Origin: Acidimicrobiia bacterium
GTDB lineage: Bacteria > Actinomycetota > Acidimicrobiia > Spongiisociales > UBA11373
Direction of reading: 5' to 3'
DNA: 64,000 nucleotides
Assembly: GCA_030584185.1 (NCBI GenBank)
Contig: CP129495.1
Coordinates: forward strand, 639,608-703,607
Shown: one piece after another, positions 8,158-18,135 of the stretch
Layout of the letters: each line of letters opens with the position of its first letter
Position numbering within the stretch: position 1 is the stretch's first letter
Program-made: the position numbers and the translations under genes
Notes under the pieces: model-generated
Database searches by the model: none
The model's input: only the letters and a program-made list of their open reading frames with translations
What the model was told of the DNA's origin: nothing

Positions 8158-9277
8158 TCATGAGGCCCCGGCCTGTTCGGCCTTCTCCCGCCGCCACTGC
8201 AGGTAGGCGTCCACGAAGGGGTCGAGTTCGCCGTCGAGGACACCCTGCACGTTGCCGACCTCCACTCCGGTGCGCAGGTCCTTCACCATCTGGTACGGCT
8301 GAAGGACATATGACCGAATCTGGCGACCCCAGGCGGCCTCGCCCTGGTCGCCCCGAATCTCGTCCAATTCGGCCAACTGGTCGCGCCGTGCAGCCTCAGC
8401 CAGCCTCGCAGCCAACAGGGCCATCGCCCGGTTCCGGTTCTGCAGCTGGGACCGCTCCGCCTGGCAGGCGACCACGATTCCGCTGGGCAGGTGTGTGATG
8501 CGAATCGCCGAGTCGGTCTTGTTCACGTGCTGCCCCCCTGCGCCCGAGGCGCGGAAGGTGTCGATCCGAAGATCGTCGGAGTCGATGGCGACGTCGGCGA
8601 TCTCCACCTCGGGGATGACGTCGACGCCTGCGAACGAAGTATGGCGGCGCGAGGCCGAGTCGAAGGGGCTGATCCTCACCAGCCGGTGCACGCCCCGCTC
8701 GCCCTCCAGCGTTCCGTAGGCGTGCTCGCCGCGGACCGAGATCGTCGCCGACCTGAGTCCGGCCTCTTCGGCCTCGATGACCTCGTCGACCTCTACGTCG
8801 AATCCGTGCAGCTCGAAGTACCGCAGGTACATGCGCAGCAGCATCTCGGCCCAGTCGGAGGCATCCACGCCGCCGGCCCCGGCATGTATCGAGACGATGG
8901 CGGGACGATCGTCGTAGGGGCCGAAGAACAGCGTCTCGCGCTCCAGGACGGCCAGGTCGGACCCGATGCGGGCCAGCTCGCCTGCCACCTCGGCAAGCAC
9001 CCGGTCGTCGCCCTCGTCCTCGGCCAGACCGAGCAGGATCTCGGCATCTTCGATGGCGGCCTCGGTGCGAGCCACGCGGTCGACGACCGCCTCGAACCTG
9101 GAGAGCGTCCGGGTCACCTCTCGGGCCCGGGCCTGGTCCTCCCACAACTCGGGTGCGGCCGCCTGCTCTCTCAGCGCGGGCAGCGCCTCCGACTTCGCCG
9201 CGACGTCAAAGGAACCTCCTGGCGTCGTCGAGACGGGCGCGCAGGTCGGCGATCGCTGCTCTGGGGTCGGTGTCCAT
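8158..9277 (-). CDS. prfB: Peptide chain release factor 2 with +1 programmed frameshift (about 372 aa)
   Basis: ATG 9277 gives MDTDPRAAIADLRARLDDARRFL, then CTT TGA C (9211..9205) preceded by AGGAGG (9220..9215); the +1 frame continues DVAAK... with SPF and GGQ motifs. Confidence 0.95.
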
Positions 9278-9310
9278 CGGAAGGTAACGGTAGCGACCGC
9301 GTGGGGCTCG

Positions 9311-11938
9311 CTACGCAGCCGCCCCATGGCACTTCTTGTACTTCTTCCCCGACCCGCAGGGGCAGAGCTCGTTGCGCCCCACCTTGCCCTCGGCCACCGC
9401 CTGCTTCTTGACAGGACCCCCGCTCCCGCCCTGAAGGCGCACCGAAGGCTGCGGAGCGTTCTGCCGCTCGACCATCTGGGCATGGAACAGATACCGAACC
9501 GAGTCCTCCTTCACCGACTCGATCATGTCGGAGAACATGTCGTAGGCCTCACGCTGATACTCGGTCAGCGGATCGCGCTGCCCCATCGCCCGCAGCCCCA
9601 CGCCGGAGCGCAGGTAGTCCATGTCGGCGAGCTGCTCGCGCCACTTGGTGTCGACGATCGACAGCACCACGGTTCGCTCCAGTTGCCGCTGCAGGTCGGG
9701 CCCGAACTGCTCGGCGCGCCTCGTGTAGGCCTCCTGAGCATGCTCCACCGCCCGGTCCACCACTGCACCGGCTTCGCGGGCTCCGGCCATCAGAACGGCC
9801 GAGTCGGGAATGGTCGGCACCACCAGCACCAGCCGGCGATGAAGCTCATCGACATCCCACTCGGAGGGGGACACCTCGTCGCTGACCACCGACTCGACCG
9901 TGCCGGCGACCACGTCCTCGATCCACTCGCGAACCAGCTCCTCGGTGTTCTCACCGGTGAGCACACGCTGGCGCCAGGCGTAGACGACCTCGCGCTGGCG
10001 GTTCATCACCTCGTCGTACTTGAGTACGTTCTTGCGGATCTCGAAGTTCTGCGACTCCACCTGGCTCTGCGCCCGCTCGATCGCCTTGGTCACCATCCCG
10101 TGCTCGATCGGCACGTCCTCGGGAATGCGAAGCCGGCGCATGATCCCCTGCACCCGATCCGTGGCGAACCGTCGCATCAGGTCGTCCTCGAGGGACAGGT
10201 AGAATCGCGACTCCCCTGGGTCGCCCTGGCGGCCGGAACGGCCGCGCAGCTGGTTGTCGATTCGCCGGGAGTCGTGCCGTTCGGTGCCCAGCACGTACAG
10301 CCCGCCCAGTTGGCGCACCTTCTCTCGTTCGGCACGGGTCTCGGCCAACAAGGCATCGTGGGCCCCGGCGTGTGCCTTGTCGTACTCGGGGGTACCCGGC
10401 GCCATGCCCCGCTTGATCATCTCCAGCTTGGCCATCTCGTCGGGATTGCCTCCCAGCTGGATGTCGACGCCGCGTCCCGCCATGTTGGTGGCGACGGTGA
10501 CCGCACCGATCCGGCCCGCCTGGGCGATGATCATGGCCTCCCGCTCATGCTGCTTGGCGTTGAGGACCTCGTGAGGGATCCCTCGCTTCTTGAGGGCGTT
10601 CGAGAGCCGTTCCGACTTCTCGATCGAGATGGTGCCCAACAGAACGGGCTGGCCGCGTTGGTGGCGATCGGTGATGTCCTCCACGAGCGCGTTGAACTTG
10701 GCGTCCTCGGTCATGTAGACCAGGTCCGGCTCATCGCGGCGGGCTACCGGAACGTTGGTCGGGACCTCCACGACGTCGAGCCCGTAGATCTCGTGGAACT
10801 CGCCAGCCTCGGTGAGGGCGGTCCCCGTCATTCCGGCGAGCTTCTCGTACAGGCGGAAGTAGTTCTGCAGGGTGATGGTGGCCAGGGTCTGGTTCTCCTC
10901 TTTGACCCTCACACCCTCCTTGGCCTCCAACGCCTGGTGCAGACCTTCCGAGTAGCGCCGGCCTTCGAGGATGCGTCCGGTGAACTCGTCGACGATCTTG
11001 ATCTCGCCGTTGGACACGACGTAGTCCACGTCACGGTGATACAGCGACTTGGCGCGAAGACCGGCGTCGAGGTGGTGGATGAGGTCGACGTTGGAGTGGT
11101 CGTACAGATTCTCCACGTCGAGCATCTTCTCCACCTGGGAGACGCCCTCCTCGGTGGTGATCACCTGGCGCTTGGCTTCGTCCACCTGGTAGTGGACGTC
11201 CGGGATGAGGCGCTGCACGATCCGAGCGAAGTCGCGGTACCACTTGGCCGACTCGCTGACCCGGCCGCTGATGATCAAGGGAGTGCGCGCCTCGTCGATC
11301 AGGATCGAGTCCACCTCGTCGACCACGGCGTAGTTGTGCCCTCGTTGCACCATGTGCGCCGGGTCCATCGCCATGTTGTCCCGCAGGTAGTCGAACCCGA
11401 ACTCGTTGTTCGTGCCGTAGGTGATGTCGGACAGGTACGCCGGGCGACGCTCGTGCGGCTGCATCGACGACTGGATCAGGCCCACCTCGAGGCCCAGGAA
11501 CCTGTGCACCCCACCCATCCACTCGGCGTCGCGCCGCGCCAGGTAGTCGTTGACGGTGACCACGTGGACGCCTCTTCCTTCCAGAGCGTTGAGGTAGACG
11601 GGCATCGTGGAGACCAGGGTCTTGCCCTCACCGGTCTTCATCTCGGCGATGGCATGACGATGCAGGGCTGCGGCCCCCAGCACCTGCACGTCGAAGTGTC
11701 GCTGTCCGAGCACCCGGCGGGCGGCCTCCCTCACCACGGCGTAGGCCTCGGCCTCGATGTCGTCGAGAGGTGCACCGTCGGCCAGCCGGGCGCGGAACTC
11801 CGACGTCTTGGATCGGAGGTCCTGATCGGAGAGCGACTGGGTGGCAGGCTCGAGGGCATTGACCGCGGCGACCACTCGCTCCAGGCCCTTGTATTTCTTG
11901 CCTTCGCCCGCGCTGAGGAGTTTCTTCAGCAAGGCCAT
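9311..11938 (-). CDS. secA: Preprotein translocase ATPase SecA
   Basis: 'EMKTGEGKT', '[14 protein letters not shown]', '[18 protein letters not shown]', C-terminal '[19 protein letters not shown]'. Confidence 0.99.
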   Translation of the reverse strand: MALLKKLLSAGEGKKYKGLERVVAAVNALEPATQSLSDQDLRSKTSEFRARLADGAPLDDIEAEAYAVVREAARRVLGQRHFDVQVLGAAALHRHAIAEMKTGEGKTLVSTMPVYLNALEGRGVHVVTVNDYLARRDAEWMGGVHRFLGLEVGLIQSSMQPHERRPAYLSDITYGTNNEFGFDYLRDNMAMDPAHMVQRGHNYAVVDEVDSILIDEARTPLIISGRVSESAKWYRDFARIVQRLIPDVHYQVDEAKRQVITTEEGVSQVEKMLDVENLYDHSNVDLIHHLDAGLRAKSLYHRDVDYVVSNGEIKIVDEFTGRILEGRRYSEGLHQALEAKEGVRVKEENQTLATITLQNYFRLYEKLAGMTGTALTEAGEFHEIYGLDVVEVPTNVPVARRDEPDLVYMTEDAKFNALVEDITDRHQRGQPVLLGTISIEKSERLSNALKKRGIPHEVLNAKQHEREAMIIAQAGRIGAVTVATNMAGRGVDIQLGGNPDEMAKLEMIKRGMAPGTPEYDKAHAGAHDALLAETRAEREKVRQLGGLYVLGTERHDSRRIDNQLRGRSGRQGDPGESRFYLSLEDDLMRRFATDRVQGIMRRLRIPEDVPIEHGMVTKAIERAQSQVESQNFEIRKNVLKYDEVMNRQREVVYAWRQRVLTGENTEELVREWIEDVVAGTVESVVSDEVSPSEWDVDELHRRLVLVVPTIPDSAVLMAGAREAGAVVDRAVEHAQEAYTRRAEQFGPDLQRQLERTVVLSIVDTKWREQLADMDYLRSGVGLRAMGQRDPLTEYQREAYDMFSDMIESVKEDSVRYLFHAQMVERQNAPQPSVRLQGGSGGPVKKQAVAEGKVGRNELCPCGSGKKYKKCHGAAA

Positions 11939-11983
11939 CGGGACCTCATGATATCCCCGTGGGGTTCCTGGGGAACCGGGTCG

Positions 11984-13303
11984 TCAGACGGCCGTCGCCC
12001 GGTGGCGCTCCACCACCTCGAGCAACGACCCGGGATCCACCCCGACGTCGGACGGCAGGAGGTGAGCCGCAACCTCGTCGGCTGCGAACTCGATGATGCG
12101 GTCACCTGGAGCGATCGACCCGTCACCCTCACGAACGACGATCCCGCGGCGGCCAGCCCCTTCCGTGGTCACCACGACCACCACCTCACCGCCTTCGAGT
12201 CGAAGAAGCGACCCCGGCGGGTGGGTGCCCATCATCCCGATGAACAGCCGGACCACGTCGGCATCGTGCACGGTGCCCGCCCCCTCCAGGAGGAGACGAA
12301 GCGCCTTGCTCGGGGTACGGGCCGGGCGGTAGGGACGATGGGCTGTGACCGCCTCGTAGGTGTCGGCCACGGCCACGATCCTGCTGTAGAGGTGGGGGCG
12401 CCTGCCCCTCAGGTCGGGGTACCCGCCGCCGTCGACACGCACGTGATGCTCCAACGCCACGGCAGCGGCGACCTCCTGCCCGGGTCCGGTTGCAGAGAGG
12501 ATGGCGAGCGTTCCCTCCTGAGGATGGAGGCGGACCTGGGCCCACTCCTCGTTGCTCAACCGGCCCTTGTTGTGGAGAGCGGCCTCGTCGACGACCACCC
12601 GTCCGACGTCGTGGAGCATCGCAGACAGGCCGAGCATTCGCAGTCGATCACGATCCATCCCGATGAACCGGCCCAGGGAGAGGGCAAGCAGGCAGACGTT
12701 GATCGAGTGGTAGTAGGTGAGCTCATCGTGGTTGTGCACGGTCGCCATCAGCAGCGACGACCCCGGATCGGCAGCGGCTCCATCGAGGAAGGCGTCGACC
12801 ACGTCGAGCACCTCGACCAGGTGAAGCGTGCGACTGCGCGACACGCCACGCAGGGCATCGAGCGACTCCGAGTAGGCCCGCCGCAGCGTGGACAGTGGCT
12901 GGACGTCCACCTCTGCCATCGATACGGAGCGCTCGTTCAGCAAGACGGTGCCGCCTGCAGGAAGGTCGTCGGACCAACCGGCGACCAGCGTTGCGAGATC
13001 GGCGAGGTCCGAAGCCGTTGCCTCTGGCCGAATCGTGATCGTCTCGATGCGCCGCTGTTTCATGGCCTGCAAGAGGCTGTCGAACTCCGTGGAGGTGTTG
13101 GCCAGGACGTCGCGCCCCAGATAGAAGGCATCGCCCACCACGGAGATGACCGCCTCCTCTCCGGAGGCGGTGAGCACCTCGGCGGCGTCGTGCAGGGCGC
13201 CGACCGCCCAGTCCAGCGCAGGGTCACCGACCGGGTTCTGAGTCATGCGTCGGCCGGTGTGGAACAGGGCACGGAAGAAGTCGCGCGCCAGCAGCTCACT
13301 CAT
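11984..13303 (-). CDS. HD-GYP domain protein (putative cyclic dinucleotide phosphodiesterase) with N-terminal unknown domain
   Basis: 'HSINV', 'LHDVG', 'HPQEG', 'EHH...GGGYP', 'AVADTYEA' motifs; ATG overlaps the upstream stop (ATGA). Confidence 0.88.
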   Translation of the reverse strand: MSELLARDFFRALFHTGRRMTQNPVGDPALDWAVGALHDAAEVLTASGEEAVISVVGDAFYLGRDVLANTSTEFDSLLQAMKQRRIETITIRPEATASDLADLATLVAGWSDDLPAGGTVLLNERSVSMAEVDVQPLSTLRRAYSESLDALRGVSRSRTLHLVEVLDVVDAFLDGAAADPGSSLLMATVHNHDELTYYHSINVCLLALSLGRFIGMDRDRLRMLGLSAMLHDVGRVVVDEAALHNKGRLSNEEWAQVRLHPQEGTLAILSATGPGQEVAAAVALEHHVRVDGGGYPDLRGRRPHLYSRIVAVADTYEAVTAHRPYRPARTPSKALRLLLEGAGTVHDADVVRLFIGMMGTHPPGSLLRLEGGEVVVVVTTEGAGRRGIVVREGDGSIAPGDRIIEFAADEVAAHLLPSDVGVDPGSLLEVVERHRATAV

Positions 13304-14355
13304 CGCCGTCTCTCCAGGGCGAGTCGAGCATGGTCCCGGGCAACCTTCTCGGCGCCTACGGCGAAGCGCTTGCCTGCCATGCGGTGGAGTGCCTCGGTGG
13401 CGGCGGGAGTACTGCGTTCGGCGATCACCTTGACCAGTCGCCGGGCGTCGTCCGGGGTGGCACGCCCGGTGGCCAGATGGTCGGCCACCCTCAGCACCAC
13501 CTCGTCCGTGGGGATCGAGCGCAGCAGCGAGAGGGCCCCGTTGCGCACCCGCTGGCTCGGGTCGGCCAGTGCCTTGGAGAGCATCGGGACCGCCTCCTCG
13601 CCCTCAAGGGTGGCCAGGGCGCGGATGACCTCCACTCGAACCCGATCATCCGGATGATCTAGCACCGCCATCAGAGCGGGCACCCCGCTCTCTCTACCGG
13701 TGTTTCCGACCGCGATGGCGACGTTGCGCACGATGAACCAGCGGTGATCGCGCAGCCAAGGCGTGATGTATCGCACGTCGCTGCGCCCCACCATCGTCAG
13801 GTACTCGACCAGGTGCCTGCGGTTGACCGGCGGCTCGTCGAGGGTCATGGCGTCGATCAGGTACTGGACCAGCGGCTCGCCCCACGCCGAGAGCAGCGCG
13901 GCGGCCTCGTCGGGTCGCTCCGACTTGGAGAGCAGGGTCACCAGCTCATCGAGGATGTCGCTTCGCGAGAGGTCCCGCAGGGCGTCGTTGACGTGGACGA
14001 TGAACTCGGCGGGGAACACCGGGGCCTCGGTGACGGCGCGCATCCACACGCCGGCAACGGGGAAGTCGCCCTTGCGCACCGCGGCCACGACCTTGCTCGA
14101 CCAGGCCCTCAAGAGTCGCCGGAAACGCTCCGGGCGCTCCTCGACGCGCAGCAGGTCGCGAAAGGCCAGGATGACTGCGCGCGGGTCGTCGTCGGGACCG
14201 GGAAACTCCTCGGCCACCCGCTCCATCAGCTCGGAGTCGCCCGAGGTGGCGTCGACCGAGTCGAAGACCGCCCGCAGGTGTTCGAAGCGCTCGGTGTGGA
14301 GATCCTCGACCTGTGAGGGCGCGGTCCTGGTGGCGCCGTGGCTGGTCATGGTCAC
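13300..14355 (-). CDS. HEAT-repeat protein
   Basis: Tandem HEAT-like units 'WFIVRNVAIAVG', 'HPDDRVRVEVIRAL', 'DPSQRVRNGAL'; overlaps the genes on both sides. Confidence 0.8.
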   Translation of the reverse strand: MTMTSHGATRTAPSQVEDLHTERFEHLRAVFDSVDATSGDSELMERVAEEFPGPDDDPRAVILAFRDLLRVEERPERFRRLLRAWSSKVVAAVRKGDFPVAGVWMRAVTEAPVFPAEFIVHVNDALRDLSRSDILDELVTLLSKSERPDEAAALLSAWGEPLVQYLIDAMTLDEPPVNRRHLVEYLTMVGRSDVRYITPWLRDHRWFIVRNVAIAVGNTGRESGVPALMAVLDHPDDRVRVEVIRALATLEGEEAVPMLSKALADPSQRVRNGALSLLRSIPTDEVVLRVADHLATGRATPDDARRLVKVIAERSTPAATEALHRMAGKRFAVGAEKVARDHARLALERRR

Positions 14356-15002
14356 AACTCGATCAGGTTCTCCCGGATGGCGTAGAGCACCGCCTCGTTC
14401 CGGGAGTGGAGCCCGAGCTTGTCGAGCACGTTGCGAACATGGTTCTTCACGGTGTTCTCACTGATGTACAGAACGTGTCCGATCTCCTTGGAGGTCATGC
14501 CGGCGGCGACATGGCGCAGCACCTCGATCTCGCGGCCGGTGAGCGCCGGCTGGCGGGAGACGGTGAAATCCTGGTGGCGAAGCAGCTGGCTGAGGACGTC
14601 GAGCAGCTTTCCGGTCATGCCGGACGAGATGGCCGCTCCTCCGGCAGCGACTTCGCGCAGCGAGGCGGCAAGGACACCGAAGGACGCGTCCTTGACCAGA
14701 TACCCCCTGGCCCCGACCCGGATGCACTCCAGGAGGTCTTCTTCGGATTCGCTCCCGGTGAGCATCACGACCTTGCTCGACGGGCTGGCCGCTCGGATCT
14801 TCTCGACGACGTCGAGACCGGATAGCCCGGGCATCAGGATGTCGAGCACAACCAGATCGGGCTGCAGCCGCTCGGCGAGGGTGACGGCACCCTCCGCATC
14901 GGATGCCTCGCCGACCACCTCGAAGCCCTCTCGCGACAGGGCGGCGGCGAGGCCGGTGCGAAAGAGTTCGACGTCGTCTACGACCAGAACGCTGTTGCTC
15001 AC
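14352..15002 (-). CDS. NarL/LuxR-family response regulator
   Basis: Receiver 'VVDD...DILMP...K' plus LuxR HTH 'LTGREIEVL...ISENTVKNHVRNVLDKL'. Confidence 0.95.
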   Translation of the reverse strand: MSNSVLVVDDVELFRTGLAAALSREGFEVVGEASDAEGAVTLAERLQPDLVVLDILMPGLSGLDVVEKIRAASPSSKVVMLTGSESEEDLLECIRVGARGYLVKDASFGVLAASLREVAAGGAAISSGMTGKLLDVLSQLLRHQDFTVSRQPALTGREIEVLRHVAAGMTSKEIGHVLYISENTVKNHVRNVLDKLGLHSRNEAVLYAIRENLIEL

Positions 15003-15547
15003 TGTGGCTCTATCAGCCCCAGGCTCCCGCCGCGACGACGGTACAGAACCCCGTACCGATCGTTCTCCGCGTTGAGAAACAGATAGAAGCTGTGTCCAAG
15101 CAGTTCCATCTGAAGGGCTGCCTCCTGTGGGGTCATCGGTTTCACGGCGAACCGCTTCACCCGCTCGATGGCGAGACCGCGGTCCTCTTCTTCTTCGACC
15201 CCCGGAGTCGCCTCATTGAGCCGTTTCTCCGACCCGCGGCGATGCCGGGAGATGATCCTCTCCTTGTGGCGCCTGAGCCGCCTCTCGAACTTGTCGACGG
15301 CCACATCCAACGCCGTTCGCTCGTCACCCCCCGCCGACTCGACCCTCACCAGCTGTCCGGCGACGAGCGCGGTGAGCTCGACCCGAAACCTCTCCTCGGA
15401 GAGCCGGGGGTTGTGCTCCTCCGAGAACTCGACGTCCACCGACTCGGCCCCGTCGAAGACCCTGGCGGCGCGCCCGATCTTCTCGATGGCCAGATCCCGG
15501 ACCTCGTCGCCGAGGCTCATGTGGCTGGAGTGGACGCGAATCTCCAC
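14999..15547 (-). CDS. hpf: Ribosome hibernation promoting factor (long HPF)
   Basis: 'DVAVDKFERRLRRHKER' and C-terminal 'KPMTPQEAALQMELLGHSFYLF...YRR..G..GLIEP'; between comF and secA. Confidence 0.93.
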   Translation of the reverse strand: MEIRVHSSHMSLGDEVRDLAIEKIGRAARVFDGAESVDVEFSEEHNPRLSEERFRVELTALVAGQLVRVESAGGDERTALDVAVDKFERRLRRHKERIISRHRRGSEKRLNEATPGVEEEEDRGLAIERVKRFAVKPMTPQEAALQMELLGHSFYLFLNAENDRYGVLYRRRGGSLGLIEPQ

Positions 15548-15678
15548 GAATGGCTCCTTCGTTGCTCGATGGCGGCTCCCGAACCGGGAGGCTCGTGACG
15601 AGGCGGCTCCCGCCGGTGTGGCCCCATGGCCGAACCGGAGACGGCCGCCGGCCCGCAGCTGCGGTCCATACCCTGATG

Positions 15679-16245
15679 TTATCCCCGACCTGCGTCGTCG
15701 GAGGAGGGCCTCACAGCCGATGTGAGCGTCACCGCGACCGAGGCGCCGGTCGCCGCGGCGGCAGCCAGCAGCGTGTTGCCGGTGGTGACCACGTCATCGA
15801 CCAGCACCACCCCGGGAGGCACCGGCCCCTGGAGCCGGAACCGCGCCTGCCCGCGCCGGGCGCCGGCACCCCCGGCGCGCCGCCGCACCCATGCCGGCGG
15901 ACTCAGTGCCATCGACACCGGGATGCCACTGACCCTCGACGCCGCCCGTGCCAGCTCAAGGGCCGGATCGACGCCGTAACGCCATCGGCGCAGCATCACC
16001 CGGGGCACCGGCATCAGGGCCTGCGCTCCCGCCGGCAGGCGGTCGGCAAGCACCCTGCCGATCCCGGGTGGCACCACCCCGGAGTACTTGAGGAGGTGCA
16101 CGATTCGACGGGCCGCCCCCTCGTGGCGGAACACGGAACGCACCAGCAGGCCATCGATCCAACACTCCGCTGCCGGGGCCAGGGTGGAGTGGCAGGACGG
16201 GCACAGGCACCCGTCACCGGGAAGGCGACACACGAGACAGGCCAC
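15679..16245 (-). CDS. comF: ComF-family phosphoribosyltransferase-like protein
   Basis: N-terminal CxxC...CxxC, 'LKY.G', PRT loop 'VLVDDVVTTGNTL'. Confidence 0.88.
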   Translation of the reverse strand: MACLVCRLPGDGCLCPSCHSTLAPAAECWIDGLLVRSVFRHEGAARRIVHLLKYSGVVPPGIGRVLADRLPAGAQALMPVPRVMLRRWRYGVDPALELARAASRVSGIPVSMALSPPAWVRRRAGGAGARRGQARFRLQGPVPPGVVLVDDVVTTGNTLLAAAAATGASVAVTLTSAVRPSSDDAGRG

Positions 16246-16359
16246 TCGGGAAACCTATGCAGTGCCGCCCCGACATGGTACCCCCGTCATGACCACTTGG
16301 CGCATCGGACAAACACGGAGCGTTGTCGTATGATGCGACCCTTCGAGGGAGTGGCATCC

Positions 16360-18132
16360 ATGCCGGCCGACGTCAGCGTCGTCAGAGAGGCCCAGCGCCA
16401 GCGGCGCCTCCGCCGCATTGCCTGGGTCCTGGCCCCGCTGGTCGCATGGCTCTGGATGCGTGCGCTCTCCGGCAACCCGGTTTCGCCGGGCTGGCCCGCC
16501 TTCGGCCCCGAGGCCGTGATCTGGCTGCCGGCCCTGTTGATCATCCTGCTCCTCGGGGTGATGATCCTCGCCCCGATGCTCGGATCCGGCAGGAGCCCGG
16601 AGGTCGTGTTCCTCCCCGAGCAGATAGAGGTCGGCTTCGCCGACGTCAAGGGCATGGGACCGGTGCTCGAAGAAGTCGAGCACACCCTCGAGGTCTTCCT
16701 CAACCACCGGCACTTCCGCGACCACATGGGCGGCGAGCCGCGGCGCGGAATCCTCTTCGAAGGCCCGCCCGGCACCGGCAAGACCCTCACCGCCAAGGCC
16801 CTGGCACACGAAGCCGGCGTCCCGTTCCTCTTCGTCTCGTCGACCGCCTTCCAGAGCATGTGGTACGGGGCGACCGCACGCAAGATTCGCTCCTACTTCC
16901 GCCGGCTGCGCAAGGTCGCCCGACAGGAGGGTGGCGCCATCGGGTTCATCGAGGAACTGGACGCAATCGGAGGCCGTCGCGGTGGCATGGACCAGGCGAC
17001 TGCCACCGACCCGGGAGTCAGCCGTTCGATGATGTCGGAAGGCACCGGGGGGGTGGTCAACGAGCTACTCGTTCAGATGCAGAGCTTTGACGAGCCACCG
17101 CGTCTGATGAAGTGGAGCAACGGTCTGAGGCGACTGGCCAATCGGCTCCTGCCCCCCCACCGACAACTGAAGACCAGCCGCCCTCCGTTCTCCAACGTCC
17201 TGCTGATCGGTGCCACCAACCGGGCCGACACCCTCGATCCGGCTCTGCTGCGGCCGGGACGATTCGATCGGGTACTTCACTTCGGCATCCCGGATCGCCG
17301 TGGCCGCCGCCAGTTGATCGACCACTTCCTCAACCGCAAGGCCCATGACGAGACCCTGGACGACCTGGCTCGTGACGACCTGGCGGCCAGCACCATCGGA
17401 TACTCACCGGCTTCGCTGGAGAGGCTCTTCGACGAGGGGTTGTTGTTCGCCCTGCGAGATGGCCGCGACCGGCTCGCCGTGGGCGACCTGCGCCGCGCCC
17501 GCCTCGACGTCGAGGTGGGCCTCGCCGAGCCCACCGAGTACACGCCAGAGGAGCGCCACGCCATAGCAATACACGAGTCGGGCCATGCCGCAGTGGCCCA
17601 CCTGGTGGGACGGGGTCGCAAGATGGATCTGCTCTCGATCGTCAAGCGACGAGACGCCCTGGGAATGCTCGCCCACTCGGACACCGAGGAGAGATACACC
17701 CGTCGTCGCAGCGAGGCGTTGGCGCTCATCCAAATCGCACTTGGGGGGATGGTCGCCGAGGAGATCACCTTCGGGGAGTCGGGCAGCGGCCCCTCCGGCG
17801 ACCTGGCTTCGGCCACCAAGATCGCCGCCGAGATGGTCGGGGCCATGGGCCTGGGCGGGTCCCTGGTCTCGCTGCGGGCCGCCGAGGCGGGGCCGTTCGC
17901 CGGCGATCTGGTCGCCCGCGTGCTCGCCGACGAGCGAGGACGAGCCGCCATGGAGCGTCTCCTCGACGACCAGAAGCAACTGGTGACCACCCTGCTTCGC
18001 GAGAACCGTCACCTCATCGAAGCTCTCGCCGCCGCCCTCCTGGAACGCGACGAGCTGGTGACCCGCGAGATCGACGAGGTGATCGCCGCCGCGGTCGTCG
18101 CAAGACCCGTCCTCATCGACGTCACCGAGTGA
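16360..18132 (+). CDS. FtsH-like membrane AAA+ metalloprotease (paralog)
   Basis: Two N-terminal TM segments, Walker A GPPGTGKT, Walker B variant FIEELD, SRH 'ATNRADTLDPALLRPGRFDR', HESGH zinc motif; alternative start 16330. Confidence 0.88.
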   Translation: MPADVSVVREAQRQRRLRRIAWVLAPLVAWLWMRALSGNPVSPGWPAFGPEAVIWLPALLIILLLGVMILAPMLGSGRSPEVVFLPEQIEVGFADVKGMGPVLEEVEHTLEVFLNHRHFRDHMGGEPRRGILFEGPPGTGKTLTAKALAHEAGVPFLFVSSTAFQSMWYGATARKIRSYFRRLRKVARQEGGAIGFIEELDAIGGRRGGMDQATATDPGVSRSMMSEGTGGVVNELLVQMQSFDEPPRLMKWSNGLRRLANRLLPPHRQLKTSRPPFSNVLLIGATNRADTLDPALLRPGRFDRVLHFGIPDRRGRRQLIDHFLNRKAHDETLDDLARDDLAASTIGYSPASLERLFDEGLLFALRDGRDRLAVGDLRRARLDVEVGLAEPTEYTPEERHAIAIHESGHAAVAHLVGRGRKMDLLSIVKRRDALGMLAHSDTEERYTRRRSEALALIQIALGGMVAEEITFGESGSGPSGDLASATKIAAEMVGAMGLGGSLVSLRAAEAGPFAGDLVARVLADERGRAAMERLLDDQKQLVTTLLRENRHLIEALAAALLERDELVTREIDEVIAAAVVARPVLIDVTE

Positions 18133-18135
18133 CGG

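Noticed and set aside
9278-9483. In-frame N-terminal extension of prfB to 9483
   Set aside because: Overlaps the secA 3' end and is not RF2-like; the frameshift model gives a canonical N-terminus.
8966-13657. 1,563-aa plus-strand ORF
   Set aside because: Antisense shadow of secA/HD-GYP/HEAT caused by GC3 bias; no motifs.
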